Positions 28,805 through 38,759 of a DNA stretch of 64,000 nt are shown piece by piece (the stretch's first letter is position 1; each line of letters begins with the position of its first letter). The stretch is taken from NCBI GenBank assembly GCA_027449665.1, contig DAIDLE010000002.1:127587-191586 (forward strand), read 5' to 3'. A model generated the notes under the pieces. That model was not told the origin of the DNA. It made no database searches and worked only from the letters and a program-made list of their open reading frames with translations. The DNA is from Acidimicrobiaceae bacterium. GTDB lineage: Bacteria > Actinomycetota > Acidimicrobiia > Acidimicrobiales > RAAP-2. Made by a program: the position numbers and the translations under genes.

Positions 28805-30753
28805 CGAGCGTGTCGAGCTTTCGGGCGTCGGCGATGCGTTCGCCACCACCACGCGGCCAGAACGAGCAGTGACGCTGCGGTGAGCAAGTAGCCCACCACC
28901 GAGCTGCCCGCGATGCGGACCTGGATGGCGGCGTGGGCGAGCAGCACCCGTTGGTCAGAAGTCGTCACGTTGACTTGCAGGGTCAGGCTGTTGCCGCGCC
29001 GACTTGAGGTGGGGACGCGGATCGACGTCGTGGGCGAGCTCCACGACACGACGATGTTCGGCCCCTTAGGGAAGACGAGCTGGTTGGTGATTAGGTGCAC
29101 CACCGCCGTCACCGTGTAGGGAGCTGTGCTGTGCAGCGTGATCGGTAAGGCAGTACCCGGTCCCGCCAGGGTGATGGCGCTGGGGTCGACCGTGAACTGG
29201 GCGAGCTGCGCGTTCAAGACCGCCGCCGCGGCGTTAATGGCGTACTGGCGTTTGGTCGCCGAGCCGACGATCTCGCTCGACGCCGCTGCCACCCCCAAGG
29301 CGTAGGAAACCGCGCGATCGGTGATGGCCTGGCCGAATGAGTCAACTTGTGTCGCGAGGGTGCCGAGGCTCGATACGTTGTGCGCGCTCCACGTGGACGT
29401 CGGACCGGTTTCGAGGGTGCGCGTTGCTGGCGCGCCGTCGCTCGCAATGAGCGACGATGAGAACGATGGCGCGAGGCTTCCCGCCACGACGAAGGGATTA
29501 CCCCGGAGGCCCGCGATGACGTCGTTGAGATAGGGAATCGATGTCGCGGCTGCGGGAACCATCACGATGACCGTGCGGCTTGAAGGCGCGTTGGGCGCCT
29601 CGAAGTGCAAGAAAGCCAGCGTGGCTAGGGTGATCGCGGCTCGTCGGCCCGGTTCGATCGACCCGTCTACCGCGAGCTGCGAGAGGGGTTCATCGTCAGC
29701 GAGGGCCACGATCGATTCGCCGCCAGTCACGCGAAAAGGGGCCCCCCAGGTCAGCGTCGTCGAGGGAATGACCGTTAATCGATCTTCGGGCAGCACGACG
29801 TTCGCAACACCGGCCGACGACAGTGCGGCCAGGGTTGCCGCCGACGGCGATCCCTCGAGCAGCACCGGACCGTCGAGGTAGCGCCCGGTCATGGACTGGA
29901 CGAGCTGCCCGGCCAGGCCCAACTGGACCTTCAGCTCGGCGTCGAGGCCATTGGCGGCGAGGCCGGCGAAGTCGATCTCGCTGGGTGGCGCGTTGGCGAT
30001 TCGGTGGAGCGGGCTAGCGGCGGCGCGACTGAATGAGGTCCGCCACGTCCTGCCCGCCGTACCGGAACCGTACGCGTGGTCGAGTGTTTGGTAGTTCGCG
30101 CTCAACGTGATCGGAAAGCTCGGGTGTGCTCCAATGTCACTCAGCACCGCTGCCGTTCGTACTCGCTCAGCCCAGGTACCCGTCCCAAGGGTGGTGATCC
30201 AGTTCAGTCGCAGAGGATTGACGACGACGGAACTCTGCAGGGCTAGCAGCGACCACTCGATGGTCGTGGTTCCCCCGAGGTCAACCGCGACGCGAATGGG
30301 GTATACCCCGTCGCACGCTGATCCGTGACAGGGGAGGCGCAGCTGGGGGAGTGGACCGCAACGAGTCCGCGAGCGGATCGCCCGGTTGGAGAAGAGGCCG
30401 ATGATGACGGTCGCCGTTCGTGATGCCGTGCAGTCGGCTCGAGTACTGCCGGTGGAGGCGATCGCTGACCCGCTGACGCCGGCGCCGGTGATCACCGGAT
30501 CGATCTGGGAGCGCATGATGACACGTGGGTACAGGGCTACGGCAACCGTGAGATTATGGTCGGGTTGATCGAAGGCGAGGGTCATGGCGAAGCGCGCGTC
30601 GCCCGTCGGCGAGATCGTCGCCACCGAGGACTGGCGTACCACCGAGAAGTTCGAAGAGGTGGCGGCCCCCGCGGCCGAAGGCCACGTCGTCGTTGCGAGG
30701 CCGAGGAGTACCACGCTGAGCGCCCGCCACCAGGTCGAAAATCGGTGGTACAT
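28801..30753 (-). CDS. large secreted protein (DUF6049-like by position upstream of murJ)
   Basis: About 650 aa with an N-terminal signal/anchor (WWRALSVVLLGLATTTWPSAAGA) and a C-terminal transmembrane segment. It occupies the same position as the Rv3909-type protein next to murJ in mycobacteria. Confidence 0.6.
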   Translation of the reverse strand: MYHRFSTWWRALSVVLLGLATTTWPSAAGAATSSNFSVVRQSSVATISPTGDARFAMTLAFDQPDHNLTVAVALYPRVIMRSQIDPVITGAGVSGSAIASTGSTRADCTASRTATVIIGLFSNRAIRSRTRCGPLPQLRLPCHGSACDGVYPIRVAVDLGGTTTIEWSLLALQSSVVVNPLRLNWITTLGTGTWAERVRTAAVLSDIGAHPSFPITLSANYQTLDHAYGSGTAGRTWRTSFSRAAASPLHRIANAPPSEIDFAGLAANGLDAELKVQLGLAGQLVQSMTGRYLDGPVLLEGSPSAATLAALSSAGVANVVLPEDRLTVIPSTTLTWGAPFRVTGGESIVALADDEPLSQLAVDGSIEPGRRAAITLATLAFLHFEAPNAPSSRTVIVMVPAAATSIPYLNDVIAGLRGNPFVVAGSLAPSFSSSLIASDGAPATRTLETGPTSTWSAHNVSSLGTLATQVDSFGQAITDRAVSYALGVAAASSEIVGSATKRQYAINAAAAVLNAQLAQFTVDPSAITLAGPGTALPITLHSTAPYTVTAVVHLITNQLVFPKGPNIVVSWSSPTTSIRVPTSSRRGNSLTLQVNVTTSDQRVLLAHAAIQVRIAGSSVVGYLLTAASLLVLAAWWWRTHRRRPKARHAR

Positions 30754-30815
30754 GCTGACCCAGGCTACCGTCGCACGTGCCGCCTGAGCGGTCCAACTAC
30801 CCTTCAGTGCCAGTG

Positions 30816-32234
30816 ATGTCAATGGATCTGGCCCAGCAGCGCTTGAACGAGCTCGTTGACTACGCGCGTCCCCTCGCGCGCGTCTTCGCCGACGAGGGGT
30901 ACTCTCTGTACGCCGTTGGCGGTTCCGTGCGTGACGCCCTGCTCGGCGAGCCGCGGGGCGAAGGCTTCGAGATTGACTTCACGACGAACGCGAGACCCGA
31001 CGACATCGCGCGGATGATGGCGGGCGTCTGCGTCTCGCTGTGGGAGCAAGGCAGGTCGTTCGGCACGATCGGGGGCACGCTGCGGTCTAGCGGGGTGAAG
31101 GCGGAGGTGACAACGTTTCGCTCCGAGGCGTACGTCGATCACTCGCGTAAGCCGGCGGTGGACTGGGGCGATTCACTAGAGGTTGATTTGAGCCGTCGCG
31201 ACTTCACCATTAACGCCATGGCCCTGGACGTGGTGGCGCTCGCGAACGGCGCCGAGGGTGTCCGGACATTCTTCGACTTTCACCAGGGGTTCCTTGATCT
31301 AGCGGAACGGCGACTGCGCACGCCGACCGATCCCGAGCGACTCTTTCGCGATGACCCCCTGCGCATGTTGCGAGCCGCGCGGTTCGCCGCCCGCTTCCAT
31401 CTGGACATCGATCCCAGCGTCGAGGCGGCCGCGAGCGCTATGGCCAACGCCTTGGGCAAGGTGTCCGTTGAGCGGATACGAGGTGAGCTGGACCTCCTCC
31501 TCGTCACCGATCAGCCGTCGATTGGACTGGACTTCATCGTGCGGACTGGCCTCGCGGATCAGTTCATTCCCGAGCTACCACTGCTGCAGCTCGAACAAGA
31601 CCCGATTCACCAGCACAAGGATGTTCTCAAGCACACCTGGGCGGTGGTTGACAAGACGTCGCCGTCGCTAACGCTACGGCTGGCCGCACTCTTCCACGAC
31701 ATTGGCAAGCCGCGCACCAGAGAGTTCTCCGAGGATGGCGTGACGTTTCGGTTCCACGAGGTCGTCGGCGCGAAGATGACTCGAAAGCGGATGTCGGCGT
31801 TGAAATACCCTCAGTCGGTCATCGATGACGTCAGTACCCTCGTCGAGTTACACCTGCGATTCCACACGTACAAGATGGGGTGGAGCGATCGTGCCGTACG
31901 CCGTTACGTCCGCGACGCGGGTCCCCTGCTCAACGAGCTGAATGAGCTGACGCGATGTGATGCGACGACGCGCAACGCGCGTAAGGCCGTGACCTTCGCG
32001 AGGCGCATGGACGAGCTCGAGTCGCGCATCGCCGAAGTGCGCGCACGCGAAGATCTCAGCCGACTGCGACCGGCCCTCGATGGCGTGGCCGTCATGGAGC
32101 TACTGGGCGTGGGCCCCGGCCCGCTGGTCGGGCGAGCGCTCGACTTTCTGATGGAGATCAGGCTCGACGAGGGCGAGATCGACCCCACAGACGCCGCGAA
32201 CCGCTTGCGAGACTGGTACCAGCGCCAGGCTTAA
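30816..32234 (+). CDS. cca: CCA-adding tRNA nucleotidyltransferase / poly(A) polymerase family with HD domain
   Basis: Motifs YAVGGSVRDALLG, RRDFTINAMA and LFHDIGKP (HD domain). Confidence 0.85.
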   Translation: MSMDLAQQRLNELVDYARPLARVFADEGYSLYAVGGSVRDALLGEPRGEGFEIDFTTNARPDDIARMMAGVCVSLWEQGRSFGTIGGTLRSSGVKAEVTTFRSEAYVDHSRKPAVDWGDSLEVDLSRRDFTINAMALDVVALANGAEGVRTFFDFHQGFLDLAERRLRTPTDPERLFRDDPLRMLRAARFAARFHLDIDPSVEAAASAMANALGKVSVERIRGELDLLLVTDQPSIGLDFIVRTGLADQFIPELPLLQLEQDPIHQHKDVLKHTWAVVDKTSPSLTLRLAALFHDIGKPRTREFSEDGVTFRFHEVVGAKMTRKRMSALKYPQSVIDDVSTLVELHLRFHTYKMGWSDRAVRRYVRDAGPLLNELNELTRCDATTRNARKAVTFARRMDELESRIAEVRAREDLSRLRPALDGVAVMELLGVGPGPLVGRALDFLMEIRLDEGEIDPTDAANRLRDWYQRQA

Positions 32235-32259
32235 TGGGTGGCGGCGCCTCGTGGCGGGC

Positions 32260-33354
32260 CTACGGCCACACCAGGTTGGCGGCGCCGTCGTTGGCGAAGG
32301 ATTCGACCATGTCGTGGGCGACGTCATCGTGGAACTGCACGGGCGGTGACTTCATGAAGTAGGCCGACGGTCCGATGATGGGGCCGCCGATGCCCCGGTC
32401 AAGGGCAATTTTGGCGCAGCGCACCGCGTCGATGATGACGCCAGCGGAGTTCGGCGAGTCCCACACCTCGAGCTTCAGCTCGATGTTCAGCGGTACGTCG
32501 CCGAAGTTACGACCCTCCATACGGATGTAGGCCCACTTTCGGTCGGCGAGCCACGGCACGTGGTCGCTGGGGCCGATGTGCACGTCATCGGGTCCGAGGC
32601 GGCTGGTCTCCAGCTGCGAGGTTACGGACTGGGTCTTGGAGACCTTCTTGGACTCGAGGCGATCGCGGTCGAGCATGTTCTTGAAGTCCATGTTGCCACC
32701 GACGTTGAGCTGGTACGTGTGATCGAGCGAGAGGCCCCGATCCTCGAAGAGCCGCGCGAGGACGCGGTGCACGATGGTGGCACCCACCTGACTCTTGATG
32801 TCATCGCCGATAATCGGCACCCCGGCGTCGGCGAACTTCGTAGCCCACTCCGGATCCGAGGCGATGAAGACTGGTATGGCGTTCACGAAGGCGACGCCGG
32901 CGTCGATGGCCGCTTGGGCGTAGAACCGCTGGGCTTCTTCGGAGCCAACGGGGAGGTACGAGACCAAGACCTCCGCGCGCGCCTCGCGCAGCGCAGCTAC
33001 GACGTCGACGGGCTCGAGGGGGGACTCTTCGATCGCTGCCCGGTAGTACTTGTTCAGTCCGTCCAGCGTGGGGCCGCGTTGCACGGTGACGCCGAGTGAT
33101 GGGACAGTCGCGAACTTGATGGTGTTGTTCTGCCCACCGTCGATTGCCTTGCCGAGGTCGTTGCCGACCTTGGAGGCGTCGACGTCGAAGGCGGCGACGA
33201 ATTCGAGGTCGCTGACGTGGTAGCCACCCAGCACGACGTGCATGAGGCCCGGTACATCCTCGTCAGCCTTAGCGTCCTTGTAGTAGGTGACGCCCTGGAT
33301 GAGTGAGCTGGCGCAGTTCCCAACGCCAGCGATCGCCACGCGAATCTTCTCCAT
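32260..33354 (-). CDS. ino1: myo-inositol-1-phosphate synthase
   Basis: The N-terminus [22 protein letters not shown] and the length (364 aa) are typical of actinobacterial Ino1. Confidence 0.92.
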   Translation of the reverse strand: MEKIRVAIAGVGNCASSLIQGVTYYKDAKADEDVPGLMHVVLGGYHVSDLEFVAAFDVDASKVGNDLGKAIDGGQNNTIKFATVPSLGVTVQRGPTLDGLNKYYRAAIEESPLEPVDVVAALREARAEVLVSYLPVGSEEAQRFYAQAAIDAGVAFVNAIPVFIASDPEWATKFADAGVPIIGDDIKSQVGATIVHRVLARLFEDRGLSLDHTYQLNVGGNMDFKNMLDRDRLESKKVSKTQSVTSQLETSRLGPDDVHIGPSDHVPWLADRKWAYIRMEGRNFGDVPLNIELKLEVWDSPNSAGVIIDAVRCAKIALDRGIGGPIIGPSAYFMKSPPVQFHDDVAHDMVESFANDGAANLVWP

Positions 33355-33375
33355 GGCTTTCCTTTCCTGTTCGGT

Positions 33376-33999
33376 CTACTTCGCGTCGTGCGCGAAGCGG
33401 TTCTGATTACTGCGTTCGGTGGTCAACAGGTCGTCGATCCACGCGAGGTCTAGCTCGACACCCTGAGCGGCGTGCGCCATGACGCTGCGCGCGTAGGTGT
33501 CGAGCAATTCGTTCTGTGCGCCCTGGCGCACTTCGGCCAGCCTGGCGAGCAGGTCCGCCCGTCGTCGTTCGAGGAGATTGACGCGCAGTGACGGCGTCAG
33601 GTACTTAGCCAGTGCCATGCGCATCGAGAAGTTCTTGCCGTCGTCGACGGTGGCCGGGTCCGCGAGCAGCGCGGCGAACTCCTGGCGACCACGCTCGGTG
33701 ATTCGATACACCTTGCGTCCCCGACGTCCTATGCCGGACGTGGCGCGCAAGGCTCGTAATGATGCCCGCTCGCCCGAGAGCGAACCGGTCGAGAGCGCTC
33801 CGAACCGTGATTCGGTCGGCGTGACTGCTTCGACGCTGCCGTGACGCTCCAGACGGGCGAGGGCCGGGTAGATCGACCCAAACGAGACGTTGGCCGAGAG
33901 GCCCAGGCGATCGCGCAATTGCGTGCGAATCTCGTAGCCGTGGTGATCACGATCCATCAAGAGCCCGAGTATGGCAATGTCCAACACGCGAATCATCAT
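33376..33999 (-). CDS. PadR family transcriptional regulator
   Basis: Winged-helix segment LDIAILGLLMDRDHHGYEIRTQL...GSIYPALARLERHG. The start is set at an internal ATG. Confidence 0.85.
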   Translation of the reverse strand: MMIRVLDIAILGLLMDRDHHGYEIRTQLRDRLGLSANVSFGSIYPALARLERHGSVEAVTPTESRFGALSTGSLSGERASLRALRATSGIGRRGRKVYRITERGRQEFAALLADPATVDDGKNFSMRMALAKYLTPSLRVNLLERRRADLLARLAEVRQGAQNELLDTYARSVMAHAAQGVELDLAWIDDLLTTERSNQNRFAHDAK

Positions 34000-34070
34000 A
34001 TCAAATCGATATATCGAACGTGACATTTGCTGAGCAGGCTGCGTGGGCTGGTCGTTGTAGTCTCGCCCCA

Positions 34071-34481
34071 ATGGATCGGACGATGCGCACCACGACGGCC
34101 GACGGTGCCGTGGTTGAGTTCGGTCTCGTTCGTCACGCGCTGCTGGAGAAGTTAGCGACGGGCCAGTTGCGCCGTGACGACGTCTGCGACGCCCACCCCG
34201 AGCTGGTGCGCGCCGCGCGCAACGTCGGCCGCTTCACGGGCGAGCAGTGTCCCGTTTGCCACGACGCTGAGCTGGTCGAAGTCACGTACGTCTTTGGGGC
34301 GAGGCTGCCGTCAGGAGGCACCTGCCCCACGTCGCGTGGTGATCTAGCCAAGCTCGAGCGCCGCGAGGAGCCAGTCCAGTGCTACGCGGTAGAGGTGTGC
34401 GTCGCGTGCCACTTTCACCACCTCGCCCGTCGGTGGGGGGCTGGCGGCCGCGTTCGCCGCGCGGCGCGGGGACGGGCCTAA
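34071..34481 (+). CDS. conserved actinobacterial Cys-rich protein (DUF5318-like)
   Basis: Two Cys pairs, CPVCHDAEL and CVACHFHH. It is divergent from the padR/ino1 pair, as in other actinobacteria. Confidence 0.6.
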   Translation: MDRTMRTTTADGAVVEFGLVRHALLEKLATGQLRRDDVCDAHPELVRAARNVGRFTGEQCPVCHDAELVEVTYVFGARLPSGGTCPTSRGDLAKLERREEPVQCYAVEVCVACHFHHLARRWGAGGRVRRAARGRA

Positions 34482-34490
34482 AGTCGAGAG

Positions 34491-35312
34491 GTGAGTCTCA
34501 GCGCCCCGGTACTACGCGCTCGAAAGCGGCGTCGTGGCGAGACGCCGATCGTGATGGTGACGGCGTACGACGAGCCGGCTGCCCGGTACGTCGATGCCGC
34601 GGGCGTGGACGTCATCCTCGTCGGCGACTCGCTGGCCAACGTCGTACTCGGGCACGTCGATACCCTGCACGTGACGATGGCCGATATGGTGCATCACGTG
34701 GCCGCCGTGGCCGCGGCTCGACCGTCGGCGCACGTGGTCGCGGACATGCCGTGGCTGAGTTACCACCTCGGCGAGGTTGACGCCGTGGGCAACGCAGCGT
34801 CGCTTGTTCGTGCAGGGGCCCAGAGCGTCAAGCTCGAAGGTGGCCGCAATCGCCTCGGTGTTATCCGCGCGATATTGGACGCCGAGATTCCGGTGATGGG
34901 CCACCTGGGACTCACACCCCAGAGCGTGCTGGCCTTCGGAGGCTTCAAAGTGCAGTCCAAGACCCGTGAAGCGGCGTCGATGCTGGTGGAAGAGGCGTTG
35001 CTGCTTCAAGGGGCCGGGGTGTACGCCATCGTGGTGGAAGGCGTGCCGGCGGCCGTGGGCACCATGGTGACCGAGGCCCTCGATATCCCGACCATCGGCA
35101 TTGGGGCAGGCGCTGACACCGACGGCCAAGTTCTGGTGTTCCATGACTTGCTCGGGCTCTCGGCGCGGACGCCGGCCAAGTTCGTGCGCCAGTACGCGGA
35201 CCTCGGCGCCGCCATTACGGACGCGGTGTCGCGGTACCGCGACGACGTGCGCTCGGGAGCGTTCCCAGCTGAATCGGAGTCCTATCCGAATCCCGCGGAC
35301 CTGTTCGACTAG
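34491..35312 (+). CDS. panB: 3-methyl-2-oxobutanoate hydroxymethyltransferase
   Basis: Motifs VMVTAYD, ILVGDSLANVVLGH, VKLEGG and HLGLTPQS. Confidence 0.93.
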   Translation: MSLSAPVLRARKRRRGETPIVMVTAYDEPAARYVDAAGVDVILVGDSLANVVLGHVDTLHVTMADMVHHVAAVAAARPSAHVVADMPWLSYHLGEVDAVGNAASLVRAGAQSVKLEGGRNRLGVIRAILDAEIPVMGHLGLTPQSVLAFGGFKVQSKTREAASMLVEEALLLQGAGVYAIVVEGVPAAVGTMVTEALDIPTIGIGAGADTDGQVLVFHDLLGLSARTPAKFVRQYADLGAAITDAVSRYRDDVRSGAFPAESESYPNPADLFD

Positions 35313-35424
35313 CCAAAGTGGCCCCGGTCGGTTAGACTCATCGGTCCCATCGGTGATGGGAAGAACCCTGCTCCGTTTTCCGCGGAGCCCGGCCGAGCCG
35401 GACCAGAGGGAAAGGAAAGTGGCC

Positions 35425-35742
35425 ATGAGGCCGTATGAGACGATGATCGTGTTCGACACGACTGTGGACGCCCAATCGATTCAGGTGGCGCTCGACCGAG
35501 CGCTAGAGACCGTGCGAATTAACGGTGGGACACCGGGGACGATCGACCGTTGGGGGAAGCGCCCGTTGGCGTACGAGATCAAGAAGCGCAAGGAGGGTTA
35601 CTACGTCCTCGTTGAGTTTGCGGGAACCACCGCCACCGTCGACGAGCTCCATCGGATTCTGACGCTGTCGGATGAAGTGTTGCGTTTCAAGATTCTTCGT
35701 CGTATTGAACGGACTGCTCGTCGGGCCCCGGCGTCGGCGTAG
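35425..35742 (+). CDS. rpsF: 30S ribosomal protein S6
   Basis: MRPYETMIVFD...WGKRPLAYEIKKRKEGYYVLVEF. The ATG follows GGAAAGGAAAG. Confidence 0.93.
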   Translation: MRPYETMIVFDTTVDAQSIQVALDRALETVRINGGTPGTIDRWGKRPLAYEIKKRKEGYYVLVEFAGTTATVDELHRILTLSDEVLRFKILRRIERTARRAPASA

Positions 35743-35769
35743 GTCCCAAGGAAGACGTGAGGAGAAGAG

Positions 35770-36216
35770 ATGCCCGATAACACCATCACGATCGTGGGGA
35801 ACATCACGCGCGATCCCGAGTTGAAGTTTTTGAACAGTGGTCAGGCGGCGGTGCGACTCTCAGTCGCCGTGAACCGTCGCTGGCAGAACCGCCAGACCCA
35901 AGAGTGGGAAGAGCGCGTCTCGTACTTCGAGGTCACCGGTTACGGACCGATGGCGGAGAACGCCGCGAACTCCCTCTCCAAAGGCAGCCGCGTCGTGGTC
36001 ACCGGCCGACTGGAGCAGCGCAGCTGGGAGACTGAGAACGGCGACAAGCGCTCGATCGTGGAGATCAACGCCGACGAGATTGCGCCGTCGCTGCGGTTCG
36101 CGACGGCGGTGGTCACTCGCACGCCACGGCCCGACGCACCCGCGCGTGACGCGGAACGCTCCGCTCCGCGATCCGCCGAACCCAGCTCGTACGCCTACGA
36201 CGAGGAGCCCTTCTAA
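35770..36216 (+). CDS. ssb: single-stranded DNA-binding protein
   Basis: OB-fold N-terminus [17 protein letters not shown] and an acidic C-terminal tip YDEEPF. Confidence 0.93.
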   Translation: MPDNTITIVGNITRDPELKFLNSGQAAVRLSVAVNRRWQNRQTQEWEERVSYFEVTGYGPMAENAANSLSKGSRVVVTGRLEQRSWETENGDKRSIVEINADEIAPSLRFATAVVTRTPRPDAPARDAERSAPRSAEPSSYAYDEEPF

Positions 36217-36668
36217 TGCCCCGCATCAATAACCCGAAACCGCCCAAGCGCGCGCCGAAGATCGACAATCGGCGCGGTGTCAAGAAGAAGCCCTGCGCCT
36301 TCTGTCAACACGGTGTCGACACCGTTGACTACAAGGATCTCGCCCAGTTGCGCAAGTACATCTCGGACCGCGGCAAGATTCGAGGCCGGCGAGTGTCGGG
36401 CAACTGCCAACAGCACCAGCGCGACGTGTCCGACGCGATCAAGACTGCTCGTGAGCTGGCCCTGCTGCCGTATACGCAGCGAACGGTGACCGAGCGGCGC
36501 GGGGGACGGGGCGGACGTGATGACCGCGGGCCGCGCGGGCCCCGACCCGACCGTGACGGAGCCCGCGCTGACGTCGACGCGGCACCGGTCAGCATCGACG
36601 ACGCGATGCTTGATGACGCGAGTGAGGCGGCGGCGGTGTTCGCGTCCGACGAGGAGGTGGACGAATGA
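36216..36668 (+). CDS. rpsR: 30S ribosomal protein S18 with a roughly 60 aa C-terminal extension
   Basis: The S18 core reads [60 protein letters not shown]. The same frame then continues through an RGG-rich and then acidic tail to an ATGA overlap with rplI. Confidence 0.88.
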   Translation: MPRINNPKPPKRAPKIDNRRGVKKKPCAFCQHGVDTVDYKDLAQLRKYISDRGKIRGRRVSGNCQQHQRDVSDAIKTARELALLPYTQRTVTERRGGRGGRDDRGPRGPRPDRDGARADVDAAPVSIDDAMLDDASEAAAVFASDEEVDE

Positions 36669-37111
36669 AGGTTCTCCTGCGAAGTGACGTCCAGGGAGTG
36701 GGACGACGCGGCGACATCGTCGACGTGAAGGCGGGCTACGCCAGAAACTTCCTGTTGCCGACCGGTACGGCGCTGGCCGCCACCGATTCGATGGAGGCGC
36801 AGGCGACTGCGATGCGTCGTTCTCGTGATCTGCGCGACGCGAAGAGTCGCGAAGCGGCGATGACCCAGCGCGCGGTGATCGAGTCAACCGTGGTCACCGT
36901 GGCCGCCCGCGCCGCAAGCAACGGCCGACTCTTCGGATCGGTGACCGAGGCTGACGTGGTCAACGCGCTGCGCACGGCGACGGGGATCTCACTGGATCGC
37001 GGTGCCATTGCGATGGCCGAGCATCTGAAGGTGCTCGGCTCCGCGACGGTGACCGCGTCGCTGTTCGATGGGGTGGTTGCGACGGTAACCGTCGAGGTGG
37101 TAGCCAAGTAG
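36665..37111 (+). CDS. rplI: 50S ribosomal protein L9
   Basis: [32 protein letters not shown]. Confidence 0.92.
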   Translation: MKVLLRSDVQGVGRRGDIVDVKAGYARNFLLPTGTALAATDSMEAQATAMRRSRDLRDAKSREAAMTQRAVIESTVVTVAARAASNGRLFGSVTEADVVNALRTATGISLDRGAIAMAEHLKVLGSATVTASLFDGVVATVTVEVVAK

Positions 37112-37269
37112 CGCGTCGCCGCGACGCGACCGATCAGCGTTGCACCCGGCTCGGTCGGCCGTCAATGTGTCACAGGCATCGACGAAGATTCTGACGTGTT
37201 AGGCACAGGCATTTCCCCACGTTGTTGCTCTTGTGATGCACAAGCGCGGTCGGCGAGCGTTGGTGTCTT

Positions 37270-38637
37270 ATGACGCAGATCGAATCGGACCGTAGCCGTA
37301 CCGCGTCGGGTGGTGGACGAGTACCCCCGAGCGCCCTCGAAGCCGAGGAGTCGCTGATCGGTGCCATGCTGCTGTCACCCGAAGCCGTCAGCATCGCGTA
37401 CGAGACCGTGGTGGCCGAGGACTTCTATCGTCCGCTGCACGGTCAGATCTTCACGGCCATCCTGGCCCTCACCAACGCCGCCGAGCCGGTCGACTACGTC
37501 ACGGTTCAGGCGAAGCTGCAAGAGCACGGGTCCGCGGCGGTGGAGCTGGCGGTTTTGTCGTCGCTCCAGCTGAACACGCCTTCGGCCGCGAACGCCCAGC
37601 ACTACGCCGAGATCGTCCGTGACAAAGCCCAACAGCGTCGCCTGATCGCAGTGGCTGGCGAGGTCGTTGACGAGGCGTATCGCCCGACCGACGACGTCGT
37701 TGGCCTGATCGACGAGGCCGAACGCAAGATCAACGCCATCGCGGATAACCGGAAAGTCGACTCGGTGTCGCCGCTGCAGCGGCTGCTGCTCGCCGAAGCG
37801 GACATCCTCGAGACCCGTGGCGAAACCCGCGGCCAGCTCAACGGTCTGGAGACGGGCTACCGCTCGCTCGACCTCGTCCTGCAGGGCCTACAGCCGACGA
37901 GTCTCACCATCGTCGGGGCCCGTCCGGGGACCGGTAAGACGGCCTTTGCGCTCGGTATCTTGGTGCACGTGGGCGCGGTGGTGCAGCGCCCCGCGCTGTA
38001 TTTCTCGCTCGAGATGAGTCGCCAGGAGTTGGCGGAGCGCATTCTGGCGTCGACGGCGCGAATCGACTCGTCCAAGTTGCGCACTGGCGACCTCAGCGAG
38101 GGCGACTGGAATAGAGCGCACGAAGCCTTTGGGTTCTTGCAGTCAGCCAAGGTCTTCATCGACGACAATCCAGCCCTCACCGTCATGGACGTGCGATCTC
38201 GGTCACGGCGCATCAAGCAGCAACAGGGCGATCTCGGCGTGGTCATCGTGGACTACCTCCAGCTGATGAGCTCGCGCTCGCGAGCGGAGAACCGCCAGGT
38301 CGAGGTTTCCGATATGAGCCGGTCGCTCAAGATCCTGGCTCGCGAACTGCAGTGTCCGGTCATCGCGCTGTCGCAGCTCTCGCGCAAGCTCGAAGACCGC
38401 GCCGACAAGCGCCCGATCATGTCGGACTTGCGTGAGTCGGGCTCGCTCGAGCAGGACGCGGACGTCGTGCTCTTCCTCTTTCGTCCTGAACAGTACGGCG
38501 ACGTCACGAACGACAAGAAGGCCGACGCCGAGATCATCGTCGGCAAGAACCGTAACGGGCCGACGCGTAGTGCGCATCTGACGTGGCGCGGCGAGTTTGC
38601 CCGCTTCGACAACGTGGCCGAGGTTCGCGACTTCTAG
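37270..38637 (+). CDS. dnaB: replicative DNA helicase DnaB
   Basis: Motifs PPSALEAEESLIGAMLL, the Walker A GARPGTGKTAFAL and SLEQDADVVLFL. The length (455 aa) leaves no room for an intein. Confidence 0.95.
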   Translation: MTQIESDRSRTASGGGRVPPSALEAEESLIGAMLLSPEAVSIAYETVVAEDFYRPLHGQIFTAILALTNAAEPVDYVTVQAKLQEHGSAAVELAVLSSLQLNTPSAANAQHYAEIVRDKAQQRRLIAVAGEVVDEAYRPTDDVVGLIDEAERKINAIADNRKVDSVSPLQRLLLAEADILETRGETRGQLNGLETGYRSLDLVLQGLQPTSLTIVGARPGTGKTAFALGILVHVGAVVQRPALYFSLEMSRQELAERILASTARIDSSKLRTGDLSEGDWNRAHEAFGFLQSAKVFIDDNPALTVMDVRSRSRRIKQQQGDLGVVIVDYLQLMSSRSRAENRQVEVSDMSRSLKILARELQCPVIALSQLSRKLEDRADKRPIMSDLRESGSLEQDADVVLFLFRPEQYGDVTNDKKADAEIIVGKNRNGPTRSAHLTWRGEFARFDNVAEVRDF

Positions 38638-38759
38638 GCCACGCACACCGAGAATCAGTGACACGCGCCGACGCGGGTGCGCTCGCTGGTGCCTCCGTGA
38701 AATCACGAGGTCGCGACCCCGTGGTGCCCCGCTACCAATCCCGGTACCTCGGGCAGACC

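Noticed and set aside
35313-35424. A possible structured rpsF leader (S6:S18 autoregulatory element)
   Set aside because: Two hairpins are visible: CCCATC-ggt-GATGGG at 35346-35360 and GCTCCG...CGGAGC about 10 nt downstream of it. I cannot match them to the Rfam rpsF-leader consensus from memory, so I did not call a feature.
37112-37128. The hairpin CGCGTCG-ccg-CGACGCG right after the rplI stop, considered as a terminator
   Set aside because: It has a 7 bp stem and a 3 nt loop but no following T-tract. That is too weak to call an intrinsic terminator.
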